In this document: one piece after another, positions 51,445 through 64,000 of the stretch
Layout: the number at the start of each line of letters is the position of its first letter
How positions within the stretch are numbered: the first letter of the stretch is position 1
Assembly: GCA_030141605.1 (NCBI GenBank)
Contig: JAQGDQ010000069.1
Span: 563,126 to 627,125, forward strand
Origin: Tubiluchus corallicola
Taxonomy: Eukaryota; Animalia; Priapulida
Direction: 5' to 3'
Length of the DNA stretch: 64,000 nucleotides
Notes under the pieces: generated by a model
What the model was told of the DNA's origin: nothing
The model's input: the letters and a program-made list of their open reading frames with translations, nothing else
Databases searched by the model: none
Made by a program: the position numbers and the translations under genes

Positions 51445-52898
51445 CCCACATACCTTCCACTCTCTCCCTTCTAGTTGACTGTGGAATTAACCCTTGCTGA
51501 TGTACAACACGCCAGTAATTAATTAGAGGAGAATTAGATAAATAAACAGTAAGGATTGCAGCTGTTGTGAACAAGCTAAAGCAGTTATGTAATGTTGCAG
51601 CTTGCAACTAAAAACGAACAAATTGAATTGCTGCAATCACCAGACGGTGTACAGTGGTCAACTTGTATCAACAACTCGTTCTTTCTTCGGTCAGTGGTCA
51701 CTGAACTCTTGCTATAGCCTAAAAAGCCGCAGGTCAGCACTGAGTGGTAGTGTATACAAACTTCTTGCACATTGCCAGATGTCTTCAAAACGATTTTCGT
51801 TTGTTCTCTCGATTTTTCTGCCATTTTCTGACTGGCGTTTTTCCGAAAAAAGTCTGTACAGGTCCTAAAAGGTACAACTGAATTCGGCTGGGTCGAAAAC
51901 TTAAAAGGTGCATGATTCTTACGCCTGTGTGAATGATTTTATTTTGGTATATTTTTAATTAGGTGGATTGTTGCGTGAACGTGACCTTGATTATGTCAAA
52001 ACGTTTCAGCAGATGTTGTGTTTGAATAAAAGCCATGTCCTTTGTTTAAGTGGGTGCTGGCTGTTATATTTTTATTAATGATTTTATAGTTTTACAACTG
52101 TTTACGAACATATAATTACAACATGAGGTAGGAAAAATGTGGTAAATAAAGTTTGCATGTCAATGCGTGAAAGGATTTAATCCGATTTATGCTCTATTCA
52201 TATTCAAATTTGCGCTTTAAATTGTTTATCTTAACTTAATAAGCAACATTACTTAGTCCTAGATGAACACAGTTTTTTGTCATCAGAAAAAGAAAGTATT
52301 AGTTAATTGCAGCTTCTTAAAATTGTTTCTTTGTAAATCTCTAATGTATATGGAATTTGAAGGAATTAAAAGCGAGCAGCTCGTTTTAGAACATTGAAAT
52401 GTGAGTGACTGAAATGTCAATTTCAGTGACTGTAATGCATAGTGTGATGTATATATCTACATATTTAGTATGAACGTGTGCGGTTGTAAAGGTTGTAATT
52501 TTGTTTGGACCAAGGTCAATAACTCCTATAGCACTACGTAAACTGCTCTTTTGCCAGCAAGACTTTACCATCTTCTGTTTTATAATCTAGTTCTTGTTAA
52601 TGGACAAGCTGATTCTAAACGGAACACTAAGCTAACGGTCGGTAAAGCACCTACACCGTATGTACCGGCTTCTATAATATTTGTTTTGAAGTACTGTAAT
52701 ATGAAGTAAATACTGCAGTGGATGATGTATGAATGTTGCACTTCGATTTGTGTTTGAAAAGAGTAGGTTGCAACTGTGGTTAAAGGCCCGAGCTGTTCTC
52801 AACCATCTGACAGGCTTCTCAGCAAAAAATTGTCTTTTCTTATTTGTAAACTCAACTATGTTATTTTGCAGGTTTCAATATTTAGCTGAAAAAAAACC

Positions 52899-55800
52899 AT
52901 GGCAGCCACATCAGTGAGCTTATTACGCAATCAACTGCTACGCCATCAAGGAGCCAACCTGCTAACCAAACAGTCAAGTAGAAGTTATACCTCCAGAACC
53001 AAGCTTAACGCACGCCACCTGCTGAGACCAGTTGGAGGTGTAGCAGTGGCCTCTGCAGGTGTCGCGCTCGGCTACTGTCTGCACAAACATGGATATCTTC
53101 CAAACCCTGTGATAACGGCTTTTGCCAAAGAAGCCAAAAAGGATGTGAAAACAATGGTGAGTTTACAAGCTTGTTACTTCAGTAATTATTTTAATTGTTC
53201 AGAATTGTGAACTACTCAGCCTTTGGTTAAGGAGTCAATCAAAATTGTTGCAAAAGGAATTCAGTTTTGGGCCAATCAAAATTGTTGCAAAATACTTTAT
53301 TAAAGAATGCATGTTTTTGCTACAAACCTTTTTACCTGTACATGTAGCACATCAACTAATAACTTGTTTTCGTCACATGTTTGTGGCTGCTGCTTTGAGT
53401 TAATGGAACTGTAAGCGCACATCTTCAGACGCACATTTGAGAGGCAATGAAAATAGTATACATATAGAGGGGCATATTAACCAATAGGCTATAACTAGGC
53501 TCATTTTAGGCGTCCACTCTAAAAAAATTCTTATCCTCCTCGTTAAATGTTTATGCCTTCATATTCTCGTAAAACAAGTATTGTATAACACACCGCAGGC
53601 AGTTACTGAGACCAGTTTCTACATAAGTGCCATATAACGAACAAGTACAAGGTACTACACAACAAGCAGTTACCCAGCCTGTTTTTATATAAGAGCAGTT
53701 CATATACATGTAATTAACAGTGACAATGTAAAAACTAGGTTAATGGTATTAGTGATACACCACAAGTAATTGTTTAAACCTCTTAGTACATAATCAATCA
53801 TAAATTCACAATACAGATGGGCGGGACAGATCTATCAGCTTAGGGCGTTGTGAAGTCTTGATACCCCTGGGTACATATAGGCTCAGAATTAATACATCAG
53901 GTTTTGAGCTTTTTAGTTTTTTCTTATTCTCTTGAAAAGTCATAAATGACAGCATAGGGAATTTACTCTGAACTTTTATAAGAACTCCAGGTCAGGTTCC
54001 ACGTTAGTGTAGGTTCTTTAGCTAAAGATAATTTAAACATTGCATGTAGTTTGTGAAGAAGCTGCGAGTTGTCCATTTTGAACAGAGTATAGAATCTTGC
54101 GGCTATTTATATGCAGATGCTAGAAAACGAATGGCCGGCATGCAGGGGAATGAAGCTGTTGACAAACCCCCCGATTTGCTGACTTCCCACTGGGCAATAA
54201 GGTAGCAGAGGTAGACAGAAATAGCAGTGGCTGTAATCCTAAACATTTGCTGTCCAAAATATGAAAGCGTCAACTGGAGGAAATCATACATTGCTGCCAT
54301 AATCACCAGTCTAATTTCCAGAAATAATGTTGCCGGTTTTTGGGGCCTATTCTCCATCTTCATCCTTTACATTAGTGAGGCTAGAAGACAAGAAGACATT
54401 TTATAATAGACTATGAAAGTTTCTAACTTCAGTGCTCTAGCTCTTGATGAGCTGGCACGTTGTAACAAGATATCCTATTGAACAAATCAGAACCACGTTC
54501 TTATAAGTTTATAAATCTATGTAGGTCTGCCAATTTGTTCCTCAATGTGAGCATGATGGACTCAAGCATTAATTATCTAGAAACAATAAACAAGTTATAG
54601 AAATATAGCGAGTATTTCATCAGATTTTACTTGACATTTGGAACATACCCAAAATCTCCAGAAGAGTCCAAAATTGGTATACATCTTAATTAAACTTTTT
54701 TCAGTCTCTTCTGGTGATCAACCCACGCTTTAAAATTGTTGTGTAATACATGACATCGTGTTGCAAGACATATATATGTGCATGTGTCCTTTGTCTTTAT
54801 TTAAAATAAGATTTCTCCATTTTGTTAATCAAAATTATTTGTGTGGTGCACATTTCTATGTCATATTTGAATAGAGTAATGTCACATGCAACATGTTTTG
54901 TAATCAAACTATCTGTTCTTGTGTCACCCACCGTCTCTATTAGGTTTCTAGTTTTATTGTGTGATTTGCAAGTAGTTTACCTGCATAAATGTTTGCCTAG
55001 TGTAATCAGTATTGAACTTACCTGGAAAATTGAAGCTTTCTGCAAAAGACCTGGCAATGGCCACCTGATGAATTAGCTGTTACTAATGACTTCGGTGGTT
55101 ATTAATGATTGATATGTGCACACCCGCCTCACCTTACATGTAATAACTATTCAAAGTTATATGCTGGTAAGTAATAATTAAGATCGGTACAATAGACGGC
55201 ATGCCTGGAGACATGCAAGTTACAGTTATTGCAATCAAGGGGCTCTTTCAGTCATGGCCAATAGGAGGCAAATTCTAGGTCAACAGTGGAAGGTGGCAGG
55301 AGAGAGTCGAGCATGCAAATATAAACTGCCATTTTTTTTAATTGTATGGCCATGACCTACCATCAGTGAAATACTAAAGTTTACAGTATAACAGAAGTCG
55401 GGCATAATTTATCCATTCGAAAATCCTAATCTAAGGAAATAATGGCAGCTATTGTGCCATGACAGTTAATTTCTGATTAAAATTGTGTTGACGCAACTTA
55501 TGCTTTTATACTTCTGTGTTTGTTGTGTTTCTGTGCTGCTTCATAGTGATTGTATTCTTTTTAGTGTGATATCTTTATGTGTTAATAATATAAAAAAACT
55601 TCTCAAAAGAAAATTAGTACTGGCAATTTTATTTGATCTTTATTTTTTCCTTGTAGGATTTTTCATTAATTGATTACTTTTCACATTTACAATTTAAAAG
55701 GAATACAGAGCTTGAGAGATGTAGAACATGTTACAGTATCTAATGCACATGACCTGCTACGTAGTTTTTGAGACAAGCTGATTACAATATATATGGCCAT

Positions 55801-58800
55801 TTATAGTTTTACTGTGTTTTATTATTATAGATCAATTAAAAGTGATATCAATACTGAAATGAGTCTGGTGTTACATTCTATCACTCTTCTTTTAGGAATT
55901 ATCACGTGAAGAGAGATTCCGAATGTTTGCGTCTCTTGAATTTGAAGGACAAGCGTACATGACACCAAGAGATTTCCTAGATTCTATTGTTAAAGCTGAA
56001 CCAAGACGTAAGTAATATCTCCCAGCAATCCATGGGGGCTACTTTCTGTGTTTATAGCACATGAAAACAATTTACTTACATAAAGCTAAAAAATTTGTCA
56101 TGCAATTTTGTACCACCTTTGCTACTGCCTTATTGCGCACAAAACTTGTATTAGCAGTAACTCTGTATAAAACTTGAAAATTTAAATTCTGTTGAGAACA
56201 TTGCTTAAAGTTTGCAAAAATAATCAGAACATTCATAGAATACACTTCACTAACTAAGCGAAAGTATAAATTACTGTATCCTTCAGCAACGTGTATTACA
56301 CCATCTACAGTGAGAAAGTCTGAATTTTCTAAGTGAGTTGTGCATATAACGAAATACTTATGAAGTGTATTATCTTAAACAGCGATCTGTACTCATGATT
56401 ACCACTTTTCCCGAAACATTTTGTTCTTAACAAATTCGCATTATTTTGTATTATATTACACAAATTCACATTATTTTGTATTATATTACACAAATTCGCA
56501 TTATTTTGTATTATATTACACAAATTCGCATTATTTTGTATTATATTACACAAATTCACATTATTTTGCATGATAAATTACTACTGATGGGTTGTAATTT
56601 GCTATGTACTCTGTTTATATCTGCCTGCCAGAAAATTGCTTCAGTAAAGGTTGTATGGCATAATACATAATTGATGTCACTTCACTTATGAGACCCTCAG
56701 GACAGCATATTACTAGCATGAAAAGCATCAGCTCTGTGGGATCTATATCACATATATTATTCATTTTGTACTATTTTGTGTAACACATAGCTGGAATCTA
56801 CCTGTAGATCTATGCAAATGATTCAAAGTGTAAGAAATAAGGATTCCTTGGGTAGTTACATGTTGGTTTTAGGTCATTTGGGTATGTCATACGAGAAGAG
56901 TGCTCAAGTCTTCAATGTGTATGGATACTGGATAATACTTCTGCTAAAAAAACAAGAAACGTTGTCACAAAAATTATTTTTACTATTTGAACAAGCAAAA
57001 GTTGTGTGTGCTACAAAAGTCATGAAGGTTGATTTCATTAGTGAAGTATACTAGTGAAATTTCAGTTAAATGTCATGTGTTACATCCCTTCAGAAGTACA
57101 CTTGCTCTGATAAAAATATCTCTATTTATTTTGCAATATTTGTGGCTGTCATACTAAATCATTACAGGTGTAACATTATGTCTATGTTTTTATGTGGGTG
57201 TGTGGAAGTTGCGTGTGAGCATTTGCACATGTATGTATGTGTAAAAAGAAATATAAGATAATTGCACACAAGAGGATGTTCTCTGTCTTTTACGATCGTG
57301 TTTTGATTAATGTATAAACATTTTTCTATTTTAGGCAGGATTGGACGGACTGTAATAGCGAAGCATGATATCAGTGAATTGCTTGCTATCATCCCAAAGC
57401 GGACAGGAACGGATAGTTCATCCCAGTTCTTTGGGAAGTTACAAGACAGAGGTACACCGTTGACTCTTATCCAGTTATAAACATATTTTTTGAGGTGAAA
57501 GAGAATTAAGTTTTTCTTTATCTGTTCCATCTGAAGCAATGCGATACAGTTTAAAATTCATATCATTAGGGTTTCTTATTCTCGGAATTCATTTTAATTT
57601 GGGTCGAGACACGATTGGAATTGTGATTATCAAATTTATCTTTGATGTAGCACATAATGTAATATATATATATGACTGTCTAACATTTCACGAGAAGAAT
57701 TTGAATTACAAAATTACAATGGTTTTAAGAAAGATGTTATGAGAGGTTAGATATAAAAACGTTTGTGCTTGCATAGCAAAATCGTCCATAAGTTGGCAAT
57801 TAAGTTTTTCTAGTTATTCACATATCCTGAATCTCCATTTCATGAGGATCATTTTGATACCAAGCTCGTCGCTCTATGTTATTTCTAAGCTGAGATAATC
57901 CCGGCACACGCACTTGTTTTTTGTCGTGTCTCTACAAAACACTTAGCAACCGTATGAAAGTATGGTTGCTATGGACTTTGCAAGAGCACATTGAAGTTAT
58001 GTTTAAATCCAGTAGATGGCTCTTTCTGATGAAGATCTGGTCTTGTCAACAGAAAAAACCCGAAGCAAAATGACTGCTTCCACGAGCTTCAATCGGTAAG
58101 AAAATACAAATTCTTTTACAGGTTTCTACTTTCTAGACAGAAAAGTGGGTAGTGAGTTATAAAATTAGATTTTTAGTATTTTTGGACATTTTTCTGATAA
58201 TTTGATGATAGAATATAAAAGTCCAATATATTTAATAAAAAATAAAAAATTGACATTTGACCAAATTTTTGGTGCTTTCTACTTTGAAGCATCGTAACGT
58301 AGCTTTAACTATGCCAACTTATAGACGGTTTTGGTTTTCAAGCACGCATATCTGTGCACGTTTAAAAATATAAATCATAGATGCCCTATTTTAATACTTA
58401 GTAGCTCTAGTGTTGCCATCACTGCTTTTGATTTGGCCTGTAGTTTGGTTGGGTTTTGCAAAAAGCTCTGAAATCTTCTGGTTTCAACCATCTCATTGAA
58501 ATTTAAGTAAAAACATAAAAAGGCTAGAAAAGATTTAGCTTTAATTAACATAACATAAAGTTCTTAATACTGCTTAAACTATCTCTAAAAGTTTCAAAAA
58601 TTAGTGTATTGAGATTGGGAAGGAACTGCAGAAATAGTTGTTGCAATTTTGTGGTTTAAATTTCTTGATTTGTATTTTTAAAAAAGCCTCATAAAACGTC
58701 TAAGTACAGAAAATCCAACGGCTTCCTAGCTGGTTTTTAACTAATGATTGCGGTTAGCGATGAGGTGGCAACCCTAAATAGCTAATGTTTAACACAAATA

Positions 58801-61800
58801 GCCCTTGTCAGCATTACATTGCTCTTGAATGAAAGAAAATAACTAATTTTCCGTATTTTATTTGTCAAAAAGTTTATTCATTTTTCAAACTTGCAGGACT
58901 AATCTCATATACGGAATATCTCTTTCTGCTGTCAGTTCTCACACGTAAGTTCAATTCCATTTTATTTCTTGACACTAGCATATGTGGGAGCATATTATAT
59001 CTGATAAGTCTTAGCATTTTACTTACAAAAGCTGCCTTTAATGAAGCCTTGTCTGGGCATTGCTTTTTGCATGCAGTTTATTTAACTACATCGTCCTGGG
59101 TAATCATGTTTTTGCACACTTTATCAGTAGCCATTTTGTTTCAACAGGACCACAGTCAAGCTTCAAAATGGCCTTCAATATTTTCGATACGGATGGTAAC
59201 CAGAGAGTAGACAAAATGGAATTCCAACGGGTAATGTTAGTTTGATGATTTTTGATGCTTATTCGCATTCTCAGCTGTTTTATGCTGTTGTAATTTAACA
59301 GAAAAATGGAAAGGTAAAAGTAGACTAAAGCAATTTTTTAAAATTTCTGATTGATACGGAAACTTTGCTTACAACTAATTTCTTGAAAAACATCTCTTTT
59401 GCTTACCAAACCACATTAGTAGGACTTGTCCTGTTGCAAAAATATAATAATGTAATGATTTTGTAACTGAGTAACTTTTTTCAGATTCTGAATCTTTTTG
59501 GACGTCTAGCAGAGCGGGACAGACAGCCAGAAGAGGTAAAAGTAAGTGCATGTTATAAAGACACTCATGGAAGCAGTATTTGATGGACTGGGAGAAAAGT
59601 GGCGGCCATTTCTAAAAGAAATTTCATATTCTTCACGAATATTTGCAGCCCGAGAGCAGTACAAATATGTCTATTTGTTTCACACCGTGTGTTGAGATCA
59701 GAGTACAAATGTCTTAAACAGAAAACAAGACAAACAAAGTGTAGACATAGAGCCGTGTGATAGAGGCCATTGATACCAGAACCCGTGTCTTTCCATTTTG
59801 CTCATAAATATTAACCTGACATTAAACCATTATGTCGTGAAACATAGTAATATCAGTTTTACAGGTTTCTTAACATTTTTAACTGGTCAATAAGTAATGT
59901 TCATTTACTAACAGTGTTCTGTTACTAACCGTGTGAACCTTTTTTTGGTTATCTCAACATATTCTTAATAATTTTTAGCTCACGCAGTCTGATAAAGAAG
60001 TACTAGAGTGGTAGAATGTACTCTGGTATACTCTTGTTGGTATTTTTGTGTTTGGTCACCCTTTTCCCTGGCTCCCTATACAATACTGGTTACCATTTTT
60101 ATATGTGTAATGTAGTTACTTTGAATTGTAGTGCAGTATTAATATGCAACTTTTGCTCTAAAATTATCTCCTACTACTGTAAGGAGCAGAGAGATTGATT
60201 ACAATTTCTTACAGTTATTGTCCCATTGCTGCATGAACTTTTTATAGTAATTACAATAAAAAGTTTTCGCTAACTGTTCAAGTGTAGAAGTATGATGTGA
60301 GGACCATGTGCTTTAAAAACTTAATTGACGCATTTGTTTGAAGTGTCAACTTAATAAGATAATCTGTTTATTGTATTAGAAATGGTTGCAACGATGTCTA
60401 ATCATTCCAAAGTCAAACCAAGCACTGACAACAGTTTGCCATTAAATATAAAACTAAACTGCCATCAAACAAGTGCCATTTTCTAATAAATTAGTTATAG
60501 ATATTTCTAAAATGTTTACATTTGCAACCATGGTACCACTTATTAACTGCGGGCAGTTATGTATTTTGCTTTGAAGTATTTTATGTCTTCTTCTGCTGTG
60601 CAAATTACTGTATAGGCTAAAGGTTTAGTTTCTTAATTTCTATTGCATTGTTATTAATTATTACAATTATTAAGCCATTGTATGACATTTTTACTCCAAT
60701 GCTATTAAAACGTAATATCAGATTTCCATTATTGTAATAATGAAAAAAATTTAAACTAAGCAAATTTCCAAAATTTCTACTAGCTTTCTGAATTATTGCC
60801 TAGGTTCTACATCACAAAGTTACAAAGCTTCATTTCACATTTTAATTACTGTTACAATTGGAAAGGGTCTTTACTAGACCTAGTAGGCCTTATTAAGCAA
60901 ACTGTATTGTAAGACTTCCAAGAAACAGTGAAGTCATATTATATAGTCTGCTTTTCAATTACAATATCCATTGCATGATGAATGGACAGCATGCGCCCAG
61001 TCAAACTTTTGTTGACATATCAAAATTATTTGCCATTCCTTTTCATTTATTATGCTTTGCTGCTTTTTTTTAGAAGCGAGATAGAGAGGACGAAATCGAA
61101 GAAGTATGTATTTGTACATGTCGTGGTGCTCCTTTGTTTTTATTTATTTGCCTGATTTCTAAACACGTCTTAAAGAACCACAATCTTTCAAGTTATGCAA
61201 GAGTAACAATTTGGTGTCATAAATGGTCAAATTTAATTAAGCTTTGATATGTCCTTGCCATGAGTAATGATAATATTCCTAAACACATTTAAATCGAAGA
61301 TCCAACAGACGATTTCATTGCATAGTTGACACTATCCATCTTGGATAGTATCACCTTTCGTTTATCAAGTGCAGTAAAAATTTTTAATGTAAAAATGAAT
61401 CCTTGATTCTTGGATACACAAGACTGGTTATAAATAATAATCCTAGCCAATTCAGTATCATTAAACGTTGCAATTGTTTAAGGTCTGCAGTGGCAGACTC
61501 TGCATTAACGCAGTGATTTCAGTTACGAAAACTTGTGGTTCAACACAGTCATTTTGCTTTCACTCACCAACAATTATTGTTAGACTGACTAATTGCAGCA
61601 CTTTATACTTAATTTTCAAATAATTATAGAAAAACTTGTGTATCAAACTAATCACATAGGAATTGTACAATGCAATATCTGATTGCTTGCAGCTAATTTA
61701 ATTTGAAACCTATTTTGCTTGAGCTATTTAATGAGATCAGCAGAGATAAAAGGCCTAGCATGGTTTTCCATGACCCAATGTAACTGTACAATATTGATAT

Positions 61801-63798
61801 GCATGTAAATGTGTAAAAAAATATCGTCTCAATGTACCCTGGCAAAGCTTTACTTACCACGACCCATTTTGCACTATAATGCGTGTGACAACTTTTGAAC
61901 TATCTGTAATTCCATAATCTATTATATTTATACTTTTTTTACAGATTGATGATATGGTAGGTATTTGATTCACAAACTCACGTAAACCTATTGAAACATG
62001 CAGTTCAGAATTTTTGTTATGTGAAAGTTACTTTTAACAAACACCATTTCATTTCATATACAGTTACTGAAAACATAACCATCATCATAAAACATTCTAA
62101 ATCCTGTAATTTTTCAGGCGTGTTTAAAAAACATCGACATACTCAGATTATTTTATCTATTTTTAAATGCTGTGTTTTTGTGACTTTCATTTATTTAAAA
62201 GTATCACCAGTCTTTATTTCTGTTCTACTTCCAAGATATCTGGTGCCTATTTACATACATTTGCTTGCAAATTTTATTGTGTGCATGTAAGTCCATGCTT
62301 GCAATTTCTGACAGTATTTGCACGCAACCATGTATAATAGTTTAATGCACATTCTGTAATATATTAAGTGACATTCAAAGCTATTAGCGAAGGTATTACT
62401 TCTATCTTCATGCATTTGTAGATAGTTCTTGATTTTGTTGTCTTTTACTTAGTGCAATAACAATGAATAGGAAGGTTGTCTACATAGCTTACGTTGTGAT
62501 ATTTTTTTCATAAATGCACCTAGAATTATGACTTTGACACATTTACAATAATCACTATATTATTAGTGTGGTACACGTTAATAGAGAAATACTGTAACTG
62601 CAGTGTAAGATAATGTGAACTGCATACTGTTGGTTTATGACATTAACGTGAACATCTTTTGCTTGAATGAATTTAGTGTCACAGTGTAAGCATATTGTGT
62701 ACGTCAAGTACACTAAGAAGTTATGACATTGCTATTTGTTCCATTGCTATTGCTATTTTTGGATTACTTGCTTGCACTTGCGATGATTCCTTATAACAGA
62801 TCCATTTCACCAAAAAAACTGGTCTCGGGCTCATTTTCATTCTCGTTGCTCAATTGAAAAGCTCTTAGTCAGTTTTTATATTGTGACATCACAATAGTAT
62901 TTTCCTGTCTGAAATTTTTACAATAAAACAAATTCTGTGGCTGCGCTAAATGGCACTAAGTAACATTTTCACGAAATGGATTTCATGGCAATGCTAAATT
63001 GTATTCTGGATGATATGTCCAGTTTGATGTAAAAAAAATTGAGTAAGCGTACGACCCACTATTCACCAGCTTAGTATGTCTAAAAAAGCTGTTCATATAC
63101 TCGTATAGTGCAATTATCTACAAATATTTAAAATTTTAGTGTATATGTGCAAATATAATACATTATAATTTTGCTGAAAATTTGCTGATTATTGTTTTAT
63201 TATTTAATTAAAACTATTATTATTGTTTATTACATATTTGTTAGAACTTCATAGGTTTTGTTTGAAGTGATATTCTTGTTTTTGTGAACTAATACGTGCA
63301 TGTATCACGCTTATTGATACCTTTTAGGTCGAGTACGTGGTGCCACCATGCGATACGTCTATTATGATATACCTTTTTGGCCCAAAAGGAAAGCAGTTGC
63401 TCAAGTACAGTGATTTCCACAAGTAAATATCTTATTTTACCTTGGAAATTAAATTGTGGAACTAATTGTACAAATTTACATAGCAAACGATCGCAATGAT
63501 ACTACATTGGGACAAAGTTTCCTTATCTTACAACTTTAGGGTTTTTGGTGTAAATTTATTTTCTGATTCATTAAAATAGCACTTTTCACAATCATCCTAT
63601 GGTTTGTAACATTTATTTAGGTTTATTGATCACATGCAAACTGAAGTGTTGGAGATCGAATTCAACGAATTTGCGAAAGGCAGGAACATCATATCCGAGG
63701 AAGATTTTGCACGAATATTGCTTCGCTACACGGCCGAAAGTACAAATGAAGAGATGTATATTGAACGACTGCGTCAGCGCATCATGGATGACAGAAGA
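52899..63798 (+). CDS. MICU3: Mitochondrial calcium uptake protein 3-like (MICU2/3 family EF-hand regulator of MCU), 3' end outside window
   Basis: Phase-consistent exons: 52899-53156 (basic mitochondrial presequence plus hydrophobic segment), 55896-56007 (RFRMFASLEFEGQAYMTPRDF), 57335-57451, 58897-58944 (GLISYTEYLFLL), 59148-59230 (EF-hand DTDGNQRVDKMEF), 59485-59535, 61074-61103, 61945-61956, 63328-63422 (DTS..YLFGPKG), 63621-63798 (QTEVLEIEF..ISEEDFARILLRYT). A 5'UTR acceptor lies at 52871. Confidence 0.92.
56430..56570. repeat. 30-bp tandem repeat, ~4.6 copies
   Basis: Unit ACAAATTC(G/A)CATTATTTTGTATTATATTAC in a MICU intron. Confidence 0.92.
58408..58776. mobile_element. Older hAT-type MITE, 369 bp
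   Basis: TIRs TAGTGTTGCCA / TGGCAACCCTA; the flanking 8-mers AGTAGCTC and AATAGCTA match at 6/8, consistent with an eroded TSD. Confidence 0.65.
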
Positions 63799-64000
63799 GT
63801 AAATTAATTGCACTTACATGTAGATGACTAATGACATCACTAATGTGTTACAAAGTTGCTGATTAAATGATGCATTTAGTTTTGCCAAAGCAGTTGGAAC
63901 TAAACATAATTGTTGGAAACTTGTTTTCAGGCATCAGCAAGCCAGAGTTTTACAATGGACTAATAAAACGTGTTACCAAATTAAGTTTTAGGTGACAGAT

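Noticed and set aside
51299-51607. ORF with ERERER repeat
   Set aside because: Translation of the (TC)n microsatellite.
44280-51870. CpG-richer patches (44290, 46300-46480, 48200-48650, 51600-51870) as MICU promoter or extra genes
   Set aside because: No supportable ORF or exon chain, and the MICU first exon cannot be chosen among candidate donors without transcript data.
63931-63995. Apparent next MICU exon reading GISKPEF after TTTTCAG
   Set aside because: It needs phase 1 but the preceding exon ends in phase 0, the downstream residues do not match MICU and a stop follows; the true exon probably lies beyond the window.

Overview
AT-rich animal genomic DNA with GT-AG introns, probably a marine invertebrate (lophotrochozoan is an inference); there are no prokaryotic features or CRISPR arrays. 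From left to right: (1) two tandem single-coding-exon class A GPCR paralogs on the minus strand (2012-2998, 4774-5757) sharing non-canonical D1.50/H2.50/NIFIY motifs, with a ~2.4 kb 34-bp satellite just upstream of the second; (2) eight 3' coding exons of NEDD1 (15142-25325, +), whose WD40 exons were not found in the window, so the GPCRs are probably nested in a NEDD1 intron; (3) a secreted PAN/apple + pentraxin gene (28816-33317, +); (4) decayed LINEs (32050-32560, 34330-37733), hAT MITEs, tRNA-like repeats and microsatellites; (5) an uncharacterised 256-aa secreted protein with five coding exons (40282-42553, +); (6) a MICU3-like (MICU2/3) mitochondrial calcium uniporter regulator (from 52899, running off the window, +) with a cluster of short exons including a 12-nt microexon. 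All gene models were built by eye from splice signals, phase and remembered family motifs; no searches were run.
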